From positions 3,818 to 67,817 of the forward strand of contig JBBDPC010000100.1 in NCBI GenBank assembly GCA_040876735.1: DNA of 64,000 nt. The letters run 5' to 3'. The notes beneath the pieces were generated by a model. That model saw nothing but the letters and a program-made list of their open reading frames with translations. It did no database searches and was not told the origin of the DNA. Positions 55,232 through 64,000 of the stretch are shown here, piece by piece. The position numbers and the translations under genes were made by a program. Source of the DNA: Phycisphaeraceae bacterium (GTDB lineage Bacteria > Planctomycetota > Phycisphaerae > Phycisphaerales > Phycisphaeraceae). The number at the start of each line of letters is the position of its first letter. The stretch's first letter is position 1.

Positions 55232-56674
55232 ATGAGCCGCAGCAGTGATCTAGCGCGTGACTTGAACATCGATGCCGTCATCGCGGGTGACGCCCGGCTG
55301 TCGTTTGACGACGCACTGCGGCTGTACCATGAAGCCCCGCTGCATGAGCTTGGCCGGTGGTCCTCCGCCGTGGCCGACCGGCTGCACGGGACCGAGGTGC
55401 GCACCTACGTCATCGACCGCAACATCAACTACACCAACGTCTGCACCGCCCGCTGCACCTTCTGCGCCTTCAAGCGCCGCGGCGACGAGGCCGACGCCTA
55501 CACGCTCGACCGCGAGACGCTGCACCGCAAGATTTCCGAACTGCTCGCCATCGGCGGCACGCAGATCCTGCTCCAGGGCGGCATGAACCCCGACCTGCCG
55601 CTGACGTTCTATGAAAAAATGTTGCGGGCGATGAAGGCCGAGTTCCCGCGGTTGCACATCCACGGCTTCTCGCCGCCGGAGATCACGGAGCTGGTCGCCA
55701 TCGCCGAGATCGACGGCTACCCCACCACCGCCCCACGGCGCAGCGGCGAGCTGCCGGCCGACGTGTGGGAAGCGAAGTGCGAAGCGATCCTCAAACGGCT
55801 GATGGCGGCGGGGCTGGACTCGCTGCCCGGCGGCGGAGGCGAGATTTTCGCCGACCACGTCCGCCGTCGCACCGGGCAGGGCAAGGCGAGCGCGGAGCAC
55901 TGGCTGACCGTCATGCGGCTCTGCCACAAGCTGGGGCTGCACACGAGCGCGACGATGATGTTCGGCCACATCGAGGGCATCGCCGACCGCATCGACCACA
56001 TGCGCCGCCTCCGCGACGCGCAGGACGAAGCGATCCGCGAGAACTGGCCGGCCCGGTACGTCAGCTTCATCTCCTGGCCCTTCCAGCGCGAGAACACGCC
56101 GCTGGGCCGGCTGCCGGAGTATGACGTAGAAGCGAGCGAACCTTTCCCGGGCGACGTGCTGGCGGAGAAGGTCTACGCCGGCGAAGTGGACGGCATGGCC
56201 AAGGCGGCCTGCGACGCGGCGGTGCCGGAGGCGGGCAAGGTGGTTCGGCTGGCGAGCGCGAACGAGTACCTGCGCATGCAGGCGATCAGCCGGCTGTTCC
56301 TGGACAACTTCCACTCGATCGGCAGCTCGTGGGTGACGATGGGGCCGAAGATCGGGCAGATGGGCCTCTACTTCGGCGCCAGCGACATGGGCAGCGTGAT
56401 GATGGAGGAAAACGTCGTCAGCGCCGCCGGCACGACCTACTGCCTCAACGAAGAAGTGCTCTGCCACCTCATCCGCGACGCGGGCTACACCCCCGCCCAA
56501 CGCGACAACCGCTACAACGTCCTCAAGCTCCACGCCGACGACGACGCCCCCGACCGCAAGGTCACCGACTGGTCGCAGCACCGGGCGAAAAAGCTGCACG
56601 TCGAAAGCAGCAGCGCGTGCGGCAGCGGGGATGCAGATAACGGCCAAGTCACGTTGACCATTGGTGACAAGTAG
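55232..56674 (+). CDS. mqnC: cyclic dehypoxanthine futalosine synthase (radical SAM, CofH/MqnC family)
   Basis: YVIDRNINYTNVCTARCTFC (CxxxCxxC), LLQGG, SLPGGGGEI, ATMMFGH, SWVT and DMGSVMMEENVVSAAG motifs. Confidence 0.85.
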   Translation: MSRSSDLARDLNIDAVIAGDARLSFDDALRLYHEAPLHELGRWSSAVADRLHGTEVRTYVIDRNINYTNVCTARCTFCAFKRRGDEADAYTLDRETLHRKISELLAIGGTQILLQGGMNPDLPLTFYEKMLRAMKAEFPRLHIHGFSPPEITELVAIAEIDGYPTTAPRRSGELPADVWEAKCEAILKRLMAAGLDSLPGGGGEIFADHVRRRTGQGKASAEHWLTVMRLCHKLGLHTSATMMFGHIEGIADRIDHMRRLRDAQDEAIRENWPARYVSFISWPFQRENTPLGRLPEYDVEASEPFPGDVLAEKVYAGEVDGMAKAACDAAVPEAGKVVRLASANEYLRMQAISRLFLDNFHSIGSSWVTMGPKIGQMGLYFGASDMGSVMMEENVVSAAGTTYCLNEEVLCHLIRDAGYTPAQRDNRYNVLKLHADDDAPDRKVTDWSQHRAKKLHVESSSACGSGDADNGQVTLTIGDK

Positions 56675-56702
56675 AAGCCCACGGATTGAATCCGTGTGCT
56701 TC
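56674..56702. repeat. palindromic repeat abutting the mqnC stop
   Basis: GAAGCCCACGGATTGAATCCGTGTGCTTC. Confidence 0.8.
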
Positions 56703-56721
56703 GGCCCCCGTGTGGACTGCG

Positions 56722-57495
56722 ATGCCCAAACTCTCCGTCAACGTGAACAAGATCGCCTTGATCCGCAACACGCGGGACGGCGAAGTGCCCGACGTGGTGC
56801 GGCTGTCGCGCATTGCGCTGGAGGCGGGGGCGCAGGGCATCACCGTGCATCCCCGGCCGGACGAACGGCACATTCGGCGGTACGACGTGACGAATCTTGC
56901 GGCGCTGCTGGATGAGCCGGCGTGGGCTGGCGCTTCCGGGGGGCGGGAGTTCAACATCGAGGGCAACCCGTTCCTCGGCGACTACATGGCGATCTGTCGG
57001 GAGGCGAAACCGGACCAGTGCACGCTGGTGCCGGACACGCCGGGGCAGAAGACGTCGGACCACGGCTGGCCACTGGCGGACGGCGACGAGGTGGCGCGGG
57101 TGGCGGCGGTGGTGGCGGAGCTGAAGGCGGCCGGGGCGCGGGTGAGCCTGTTCATGGACCCGCACCCGGCGGCGATCGAGCGCGTGCCGCAGACCGGGGC
57201 GGACCGGGTCGAGTTGTACACCGAGGCGTACGCCAAGGCTCTTGCGGCAGGCTGCGCGGAGGCCGACGCGGCGCATGCCCGGTATGCCCAGGCGGCGGCG
57301 AAGGCGGCGGCGCTGGGGCTGGGCGTCAACGGCGGGCATGACCTGAACCTGCACAACCTCGGCCGGTTCGCGACGATCCCCCACATCCTGGAAGTGTCGA
57401 TCGGGCACGCGCTAATCGCCGACGCGCTGGAGCTTGGCATGGCCGGGGCGGTGCGGGCCTACCTGGCGGCGCTGGCGCAGGCCCGGTCGGTGTAG
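56722..57495 (+). CDS. pdxJ: pyridoxine 5'-phosphate synthase
   Basis: LSVNVNKIALIRNTR, TVHPRPDERHI, NIEG, TLVPD, TSDHGW, ELYT, GHDL and EVSIGHALI motifs. Confidence 0.97.
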   Translation: MPKLSVNVNKIALIRNTRDGEVPDVVRLSRIALEAGAQGITVHPRPDERHIRRYDVTNLAALLDEPAWAGASGGREFNIEGNPFLGDYMAICREAKPDQCTLVPDTPGQKTSDHGWPLADGDEVARVAAVVAELKAAGARVSLFMDPHPAAIERVPQTGADRVELYTEAYAKALAAGCAEADAAHARYAQAAAKAAALGLGVNGGHDLNLHNLGRFATIPHILEVSIGHALIADALELGMAGAVRAYLAALAQARSV

Positions 57496-57642
57496 CGCGG
57501 CAGGGGCCGGAAAATATTTCTACGCGCCTTCATCCAACTTCATCCTGACGAGGCTATCGTTCGTAGTAAGTGTATGTCCCACAGCATGTAGGGAGATGCA
57601 CCGGTGTCGCGACACCTACCATTTGTGAACCGAACGTAAGTA

Positions 57643-59505
57643 ATGAACCATCCAGCATGGCGCCATCTTTCCCATTGGATCAAGCGGCATGTGCCGTTGA
57701 TCGTGGGGCTGCTCAGCGTGCTCGTGACGTTCGTCGCCACATGGCAACTGGACACGGCGACGCGCCAGCGCGACCAGGTCCGCTTCGAGGCCTGGATCGA
57801 AAAGACGCAGGACACCGCGTATGAGCGCATCTACAACCACACCAGCCTGCTGCGCGGTCTGCGGGGGTTGTTCAGCGCCAGCAACCATGTCACGGCCCGG
57901 GAGTTCCGGCAGTTTGTCGACAGCTTCGACGTGGCGCAGCGTTACCCGGCGGTGCAGGCGTTGGGCTTCGCGCTCAAGGCGCCGGCATCGGAGTTGCCGC
58001 AGGTTGAAGCCATGCTGCACGAGCAGGCCCCCGACGCCCGCATCTGGCCGGCGACGCCGCGGGAGACGTATTACCCGACTATGTATTCGCGTACGCTGAC
58101 GGAGGGCTACGACCACCTGATAGGCTTTGACATCGCCGCCGACCAGGCCGGGGTCGAGGCCATGCAGCGCAGCCAGCAGACGCTGGAAGCGGCGGCGTCG
58201 CGCGGCGAGCTTTCGTTCCAGCGTGACATGACCGCCGCCGTCGGCCGGCGGGCCCCGGATCACTTCGCCCTCTATCTGCCGGTCTTTCGGGAAGATCTGC
58301 ATGCCAATCGGCAACCGAGCGAGGACAGCGAGGTGGCGGGCTTTCTCTACGCGATGATCGACAAGCAGGAGTTCTGGCACATCGCCTTCCATCCGGTGTC
58401 GCAACGTTACTTCGACATCTTCGTCTATGACGGCGATCAGTTGGACGCGACAAGCCAGGCGTTTACCAACGGCGTCCTGGTTCCGCCGCGCGAGGGGGCG
58501 CACCGGTCCCGGTTCCGCGACGAGGTGACGGTGGACATCGCCGGTCGGCCGTGGACGCTGGTGTTTCATTCCAAGCCGGCGTTCGAGGCGCTCTCGTCGC
58601 GGCCGACGGTGGTGCCGATGACGTTCGGCGGCGGCATGCTGGCGAGCCTGGTGCTGTTCCTGCTCGCGCGGTCGCAGACGCGGGCGTGGATGGCGGCGCA
58701 CCGGCTCAACGAAGAGTTGCAGGCGTCGGAGCGTCAACTGCGCGAGGTCAACGGCACGCTGGAGCAGCGCGTCGCCGAACGCACCGCCGTCGCCGAGCAG
58801 CGGGCCGTCCTCGCCCGCCGGCTGGCCAACGAGGTGACGCAGATCGAGCAGCGTGAACGGCGTCGGCTGGCGCGCACGCTGCACGACCACCTCCAGCAAC
58901 TGCTCGTCGCCGCCCGCTTTCGCCTGCAACTGCTCAACGCGACGTCCAACGGCAGCGGCGACGCGATCACCATTCAACAGGAGCTGGACAACCTGCTGCA
59001 CGAAGCGATCGACGCCTCGCGGTCGCTGACGATCGAATTGAGCCCGCCGATCGTGCATGAAAGCGGGCTGGGCGACTGCCTGCACTGGCTGGCCCGGCAT
59101 GTTCAGCAGCAGCACCGGCTGGCGGTGGACGTGCAGGTCGAGGGCGAGCCGGGCACGCTGGACGCGATGATCACGCCGAACGTGAAGATCATGCTCTTCG
59201 AAGCGGTGCGCGAAGCGCTGCTGAACACGGTCAAATACGCCGGCGTACGCGAAGCGTCGATCCACCTGCGGCATGACCCGGCCACCGACATGCTCGACCT
59301 GACCGTGGCGGACGAGGGCGTCGGCTTCGACGGCGACAAGGTGGCGGTCCGCGGTCCGGGCGTGGAACGCTTCGGCCTGTTCAGCATCCGCGAACGCCTG
59401 GAACTGCTCAACGGCCAGCTCGTGATCGACACCGCCCCCGGCAAGGGCACACGCATCACCCTGCGCCTGCCCGCTCATCAACCCGCGGACGTGGCGCAGC
59501 CCTGA
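57643..59505 (+). CDS. CHASE-domain sensor histidine kinase (HisKA_3 type)
   Basis: TM-CHASE-TM architecture; ERRRLARTLHDHLQQ, EALLNTVKY, DEGVGF, FGLFSIRER and PGKGT motifs. Confidence 0.9.
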   Translation: MNHPAWRHLSHWIKRHVPLIVGLLSVLVTFVATWQLDTATRQRDQVRFEAWIEKTQDTAYERIYNHTSLLRGLRGLFSASNHVTAREFRQFVDSFDVAQRYPAVQALGFALKAPASELPQVEAMLHEQAPDARIWPATPRETYYPTMYSRTLTEGYDHLIGFDIAADQAGVEAMQRSQQTLEAAASRGELSFQRDMTAAVGRRAPDHFALYLPVFREDLHANRQPSEDSEVAGFLYAMIDKQEFWHIAFHPVSQRYFDIFVYDGDQLDATSQAFTNGVLVPPREGAHRSRFRDEVTVDIAGRPWTLVFHSKPAFEALSSRPTVVPMTFGGGMLASLVLFLLARSQTRAWMAAHRLNEELQASERQLREVNGTLEQRVAERTAVAEQRAVLARRLANEVTQIEQRERRRLARTLHDHLQQLLVAARFRLQLLNATSNGSGDAITIQQELDNLLHEAIDASRSLTIELSPPIVHESGLGDCLHWLARHVQQQHRLAVDVQVEGEPGTLDAMITPNVKIMLFEAVREALLNTVKYAGVREASIHLRHDPATDMLDLTVADEGVGFDGDKVAVRGPGVERFGLFSIRERLELLNGQLVIDTAPGKGTRITLRLPAHQPADVAQP

Positions 59506-60724
59506 CCCCCAACGCCCCGGCCCGCAACGCAATCAGCAGCAGCACCGGCCACAACGCCAGCGGCAGCGTCTGCGGCCACGCCGGCCACGTCAACGCCGCC
59601 AGCAACGTCACCCCCGCCGCCGCCAGCAGATACACCCGCAACCACCGCGCCCCCGGCCAGCGCCACAACGCCACCGCCGCCAGCAGATGCGTCGGCCATG
59701 CCCAGAGCAGGTTCCAGTTCGGCCCCGTCACGTCATGCTCCGTCCCCAGCCACATCCCCGCCACCACCACGCCCGCCAGCCCCGTCACGCCCAGCAGCAG
59801 CGCGTCCGCCACGCTCACCCCACGCCGACGCCGCGACCCCATCCGCCCCCGCCCACGCACTTCCCGCCACGTCACCACCGCACCCACCACCAGCAGCCCC
59901 CACGCCGCCAGCGCCGGCCAGCGCACCGTCGGCTCAATCGTGTCCGCCCCTTCATACCAGTACAACGCCTGCTTCTCCCGCACCAACGGCCGCGCCTCGC
60001 CCTCACGCGCCACCGTCGCCGCGTCAAACGCCTCCATCAACGGCACGGGCAGGAACATCCGCTCCCGCCGACCCACCGCCTCGTCCCCCGGCTGCCCCAT
60101 CACCAGCGTCACCCCCAACCACAGCAGCCGGGCGTTCGCCATGTAAGGCGCCAGCATCGCCCGGTACGTCGTCGCCGGCTCCGGCGCCTCCTCAAACCGC
60201 AACCGCTCGCCCAGCACGTCCTCAAACACGTCCCGCACGCGCGTCGAGCAATTGTCATCCAGAAAGCGGTAGCGGTACGTCGCGTTCGCCGGCTGAGCGT
60301 TGACGCGCAAATACGCGAATACCGCCTCCCGCTCCGCGGCCGTCAGGTCCAGCACCTGCTCGACCACCGCCCGCTGCTCGATGTGCTGGTACTGGTAGAG
60401 CACGTTGGCCATCTGCTGCTCGGAGAGGTGGTAGTCCAACTGCCCGCGGATGAACGTGACAACGAACATCGGGCTGTCGAAGTTGAACGTGCCGTAGTTG
60501 TAGACCGCGTCGATGTCGCCCAGCGGGTCATGCACCCGGATGGCGGTGTGGCCGAAGCGGGCGTGGATCGCCGACCCGGGGTACATGGTGAGTATCGAGA
60601 CTTCCGCCTCATCTGACAGCCCCCGCGTCGCCTCGGCGGGCTGGGCGAGCGCCGCCGTGGACGAGCCGGCCCACACCATCCACAGCAGAACGATCACCAG
60701 CTTGTCGCGCAGAGCAATTGCCAT
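59456..60724 (-). CDS. DUF4105 (Lnb N-terminal-like) membrane protein
   Basis: FGHTAIR, YNYGTF, YRYRFLDDNCSTR and MFLP motifs; C-terminal TMs with NWNLLWAWP. Confidence 0.85.
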   Translation of the reverse strand: MAIALRDKLVIVLLWMVWAGSSTAALAQPAEATRGLSDEAEVSILTMYPGSAIHARFGHTAIRVHDPLGDIDAVYNYGTFNFDSPMFVVTFIRGQLDYHLSEQQMANVLYQYQHIEQRAVVEQVLDLTAAEREAVFAYLRVNAQPANATYRYRFLDDNCSTRVRDVFEDVLGERLRFEEAPEPATTYRAMLAPYMANARLLWLGVTLVMGQPGDEAVGRRERMFLPVPLMEAFDAATVAREGEARPLVREKQALYWYEGADTIEPTVRWPALAAWGLLVVGAVVTWREVRGRGRMGSRRRRGVSVADALLLGVTGLAGVVVAGMWLGTEHDVTGPNWNLLWAWPTHLLAAVALWRWPGARWLRVYLLAAAGVTLLAALTWPAWPQTLPLALWPVLLLIALRAGALGVRAAPRPRVDERAGAG

Positions 60725-60814
60725 AGGTGTGAATCTTAGCCGACCCGCCGCCGGAACATGTACCCTCAGGCTTGCCCGGGCAGGGCCACTGTGTCTGCCA
60801 TCGGGAGCAGGGGG

Positions 60815-61645
60815 CTATGTGTTCGGCCCGCGTTCGTCGGCGAGTCGGCGGACCTGCTCGCGAAGGGCGACCACTTCACGGCGCAGCTCGCGTATCGCCG
60901 TGGCGCTGGGCAGCGCGGCCCCGGGCTCGGCGGTGTCACGGCCGACGAAGAACGAAGCCAGCGTCGCCGTGATATACCCCAGGATGCCGAGGCTGTAGGC
61001 CGCCAGCAGCACGGCCAGGATGCGCCCCTCGGCGGTGACGGGCCAGTATTGCGAGCCCAGCGTCGTCAGGAGCATGGCGGTCCACCACAGCGCGTCGCCG
61101 TAGGTCGCAAAGCCTTCACCCTCGGGCCCGGCCCGCTCGAAGACGTGCATGCCCGCCGCGCCGACGAGCAGGACCAGCGCGGTCAATGCCGTCACATAGC
61201 CGACGCCCCGGCGGTTGAGGCTGATGCGCAGCGCCCGCATGCCGCGGTTCAGCGAGCCGATCACGCGGATCAGCCGGATGCCGCGCGTGCCGCGCATGAC
61301 CAGCAGCAGCCGTGCGGCATAGGCGACCCGCAGCAGGCGCAACGCCGGCACCGCCAGCGATAAGGCCGTGAGCCACTGTCGACGCAGGTAACGCAGCTTG
61401 TGCGGCGCGAGGGCGAACCGGAGCAGGAAGTCGAAGATGAACACGATCCAGATCGCGGTCAGGGACGTGCTCATCAGCGGGTTCAGCCCGTAGATGAACT
61501 CGACGATCAGCAGCACCAGCCAGACGAACGCGAGCACGATCATCGGCCACTCGAGGGCGCGTTCGAGCTGGTGCAGCAGATGGTTGAGCTCCCGCCGAAG
61601 CGAACGGCGCGCGTCGTCGGCGTCGGAGCGATCGGGACTCGCCAT
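60815..61645 (-). CDS. ion transporter / voltage-gated potassium channel family
   Basis: S4-like RLLRVAY..RLLL..R; pore segment DALWWTAMLLTTLGSQYWPVTAEGR. Confidence 0.85.
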   Translation of the reverse strand: MASPDRSDADDARRSLRRELNHLLHQLERALEWPMIVLAFVWLVLLIVEFIYGLNPLMSTSLTAIWIVFIFDFLLRFALAPHKLRYLRRQWLTALSLAVPALRLLRVAYAARLLLVMRGTRGIRLIRVIGSLNRGMRALRISLNRRGVGYVTALTALVLLVGAAGMHVFERAGPEGEGFATYGDALWWTAMLLTTLGSQYWPVTAEGRILAVLLAAYSLGILGYITATLASFFVGRDTAEPGAALPSATAIRELRREVVALREQVRRLADERGPNT

Positions 61646-61725
61646 GGCTGGATCTTCCTTCCTCGCCCACACGGCAGGTCTGGAAGGGAGGATAGGCGGG
61701 TGCAGATCGACGGCGGAAGGTGATT

Positions 61726-61854
61726 TCCGTCCGAGCCGGCTTCTGTGAAGCCGGGTGCGGGCGCAGCCCGCAGTCGCGAGCGTCACGTTTCGCTGTGCGC
61801 CGCAAATCGACGCCTGCGGCCTCGCCCGGCTTCACAGAAGCCGGCTCGGACGGA
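61726..61854. repeat. REPIN-like element with perfect 30-bp inverted arms
   Basis: TCCGTCCGAGCCGGCTTCTGTGAAGCCGGG and CCCGGCTTCACAGAAGCCGGCTCGGACGGA. Confidence 0.9.
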
Positions 61855-61892
61855 CAGGCCGTGATGCGGTTTGTCCACCCGAAGACCCGTCT

Positions 61893-62303
61893 TCAGCCGG
61901 CGTGGGAGCCGGGGCCTTCGAGGCTGACGGTCAGCAGCATCTGGGCCGGTTCGACGGCGACGACGTCGTGGCGGACGTTGGGCGCCAGGCGGAGCAACTG
62001 CCCGGCGGACAGGTCGTGCTCGGCGTCATCGGTGTGGATGGTCAGCCGGCCCTTGAGCACGTGGATGATGACCGGGCCGTTGACGGTGTGGTCGGGCATG
62101 CGGGCCCCGGCCTGCTCGAAGCAGAACAGCGCCAGCGTCGCCGGGCCGTGGCGGAACAGCGTCATCTGCCGGTGGCCGTGCTGACCGCTGCCGGGCTCGG
62201 CGAGCAGTTGGTCGGCGGCGGCGTCGAGGTCGAACACATCCTCATGGGTGGCGAACCGCTGGTTGGGGTGCGTTCGCACGCGTCCTTCGTCTGCTCGGTT
62301 CAT
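61893..62303 (-). CDS. cupin domain protein
   Basis: GARMPDH..GPVIIHVLKG..LSAGQLL..PNVRHDV. Confidence 0.85.
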   Translation of the reverse strand: MNRADEGRVRTHPNQRFATHEDVFDLDAAADQLLAEPGSGQHGHRQMTLFRHGPATLALFCFEQAGARMPDHTVNGPVIIHVLKGRLTIHTDDAEHDLSAGQLLRLAPNVRHDVVAVEPAQMLLTVSLEGPGSHAG

Positions 62304-62492
62304 GGTTGGGACTCCTGGCTGGCGGTGCGTTGCAAACATCATGGTGACGCCTCTCAGTTTATCCGCGCTGGCAAGCCGATTGCACACCTTTTCCGACAGG
62401 TTCGACGCGCCGCGCCGTGACGGCACCGGCCGCCCCGCGACGCTCGCCCGCACAACCTGCCAACCCGCCTCAGACGCAGGGGAGAATAGACG

Positions 62493-62687
62493 ATGAACGG
62501 CAATCCCACCGGCGGCGGCCTGACGACCGTGCTTTACGCCGTACTCGCGTTCGGCCTGATCCCAACCTCCATGGTGCTCGAAGTGCTCGCACCCGTGCTC
62601 GGCCACGGCCTGATCGCCCAGGCCTGCTACTGGACCAGCGGCATCGTCGCGCTGGGCGGCCTGGCCAAACGATGCTTCCTGCCCTGA
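62493..62687 (+). CDS. small hypothetical membrane protein
   Basis: 64 aa with two hydrophobic segments; GGGGAG RBS. Confidence 0.5.
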   Translation: MNGNPTGGGLTTVLYAVLAFGLIPTSMVLEVLAPVLGHGLIAQACYWTSGIVALGGLAKRCFLP

Positions 62688-62834
62688 TCGCGCGGCACCG
62701 CCTGCCGCAAGTCCGCCACGCCCTGTGCAGAGCTTACAACGCGGCGCGGGCAGGATATTCCATGTCATACTCAAATCACCAGCCGACCTGACGCCTGGGC
62801 GAGAAGAGTTTCGCGCGCCAGGGTGGCCGGTGAT

Positions 62835-62867
62835 CCCCTCCCCCAGCCCCTCCCGGGGGGAGGGGAG
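62835..62867. repeat. REP-like palindrome CCCCTCCCCCAGCCCCTCCC..GGGAGGGGAG
   Basis: Matches the reverse complement of 4309-4341. Confidence 0.75.
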
Positions 62868-62911
62868 TAGAAGCGTTCGACACGGGCGGCCGGCCGCACA
62901 ACAATACCGTA

Positions 62912-63370
62912 ATGGACCTGTTCGACGGACAGAGCACGTGGCTGGCGGCCCCGGGCGTTCGGCTGCCGGTGTCGGCGTTGCGTTTCACCTTTTCGCGTGG
63001 CGGCGGGCCTGGCGGGCAGAACGTCAACAAGCTCAACACCCGCGCGACGCTGAGCGTGCCGCTGGCGGCCCTGGCGGAGGCGATGCCCGCCGACGCGTTC
63101 GAGCGGTTGAAGGTCAAGGCGGGCAGCCGGCTGAGCGTGAACGCGGAAGAGATCACCCTTTCCGCGGCGGACAGTCGCAGTCAGCTCGCCAACCGCCGTG
63201 CCTGCCTGGCGCGGCTGCGTCACCTGCTGATCGAGTCGCTGCACCGGCCGCGCCGCCGGCGCGCCACCCGGCCGACGCGCGGCTCGGTGGAACGGCGGAT
63301 CAAGGAGAAGAAGCAGCGCAGCCGGCGCAAGGACGAACGGCAGCGGAATCGGGGCGGGGAAGGCGTGTGA
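62912..63370 (+). CDS. arfB: alternative ribosome rescue peptidyl-tRNA hydrolase ArfB (YaeJ)
   Basis: FSRGGGPGGQNVNK and RSQLANR motifs; basic tail RRATRPTRGSVERRIKEKK. Confidence 0.92.
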   Translation: MDLFDGQSTWLAAPGVRLPVSALRFTFSRGGGPGGQNVNKLNTRATLSVPLAALAEAMPADAFERLKVKAGSRLSVNAEEITLSAADSRSQLANRRACLARLRHLLIESLHRPRRRRATRPTRGSVERRIKEKKQRSRRKDERQRNRGGEGV

Positions 63371-63695
63371 TTGTCGGCTGGCGCCCACGGATTGGGTCTG
63401 CGGGCTTGGCGGGATTGAAGCGGTGGGGTTGGGGGATTGCAATTTCTGTCATGCGCGGCGGGCCAGCCGCGCCGGGGGCGAGATTCTTTTGAAACTGAAA
63501 CGGCCGTGCTGGGCGGATATGTGTGGTTGCGCGCGATTGGTCTGTGGCGGGCATGGGGTTTGCAAGATGCAGGGCGAGTGATCCCGGGCCGACGATGCCG
63601 TACGGATGCGGCGTCCGGGCCTGGACCGATCGCGGGGCGGAAGTGGCCTCGAGCCGCCGCCCCGACAAGCCGTGTATTGCGGGAGGAGCTTGATT

Positions 63696-64000
63696 ATGAA
63701 GGCGTGGTACAGCATTGCAGTCGTGATGGTCGCAGCGTTGATGTTGGGTCTCTCGACGGGTTGCGAAACCGGGCCGGGTACTGTGGACCGGCAGGCGCCG
63801 TCGCTGGAGCTGGCCACCAGCCAGAATGGCATTCTGGTGGGCGAGACGACGACGGTGTTCGCGCAGACGGCCAACCTGCTCGGCCGGGACGTCGAGATCC
63901 GGTGGGGCACGACGCTGGGCGAGATCACGCCGGCGCGCAGCGGCCGGGTGGCGCAGTTCAGCAGCGACGTGCCGGGCACGGCCGTGGTGACGGCGGAGAT
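63696..64000 (+). CDS. putative lipoprotein, N-terminal part (runs off window edge)
   Basis: GGAGGA RBS; MKAWYSIAVVMVAALMLGLSTGC lipobox-like signal; beta-rich (Ig-like) continuation. Confidence 0.65.
   Translation, partial: MKAWYSIAVVMVAALMLGLSTGCETGPGTVDRQAPSLELATSQNGILVGETTTVFAQTANLLGRDVEIRWGTTLGEITPARSGRVAQFSSDVPGTAVVTAE

Noticed and set aside
55710-56250. Two apparent peptide insertions in MqnC
   Set aside because: No repeat-like DNA structure is visible; these are probably ordinary lineage indels that cannot be assessed without an alignment.

Overview
High-GC (visually about 65-70%) bacterial chromosome segment, most likely a planctomycete of class Phycisphaerae. This is inferred from three DUF1559/prepilin H-X9-DG genes or fragments, a DUF1800/DUF1501 pair, a PQQ-propeller protein, CxxCxY-x7-8-CPECG zinc ribbons and a PVC-type CcsA/ResB locus. 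Core genes: tig (partial), tRNA-Ala(GGC), topA, trmL, fliC, ispG, mutS, mqnC, pdxJ, arfB and a cold-shock protein. No CRISPR array, rRNA or intact transposase or integrase was seen. The most striking unexplained signal is a dense set of REP/REPIN-like palindromes and short-period (7-9 nt) repeat hairpins. A roughly 220-bp composite element occurs twice in inverted orientation, one of its modules sits in frame inside topA, related short-period repeats sit in frame at three places in mutS, and a RAYT-like transposase remnant lies nearby. A second signal is kilobase-scale blocks of G-ending versus C-ending synonymous codons that switch mid-gene regardless of gene strand. All family assignments come from motif recognition by eye; no database search was run.
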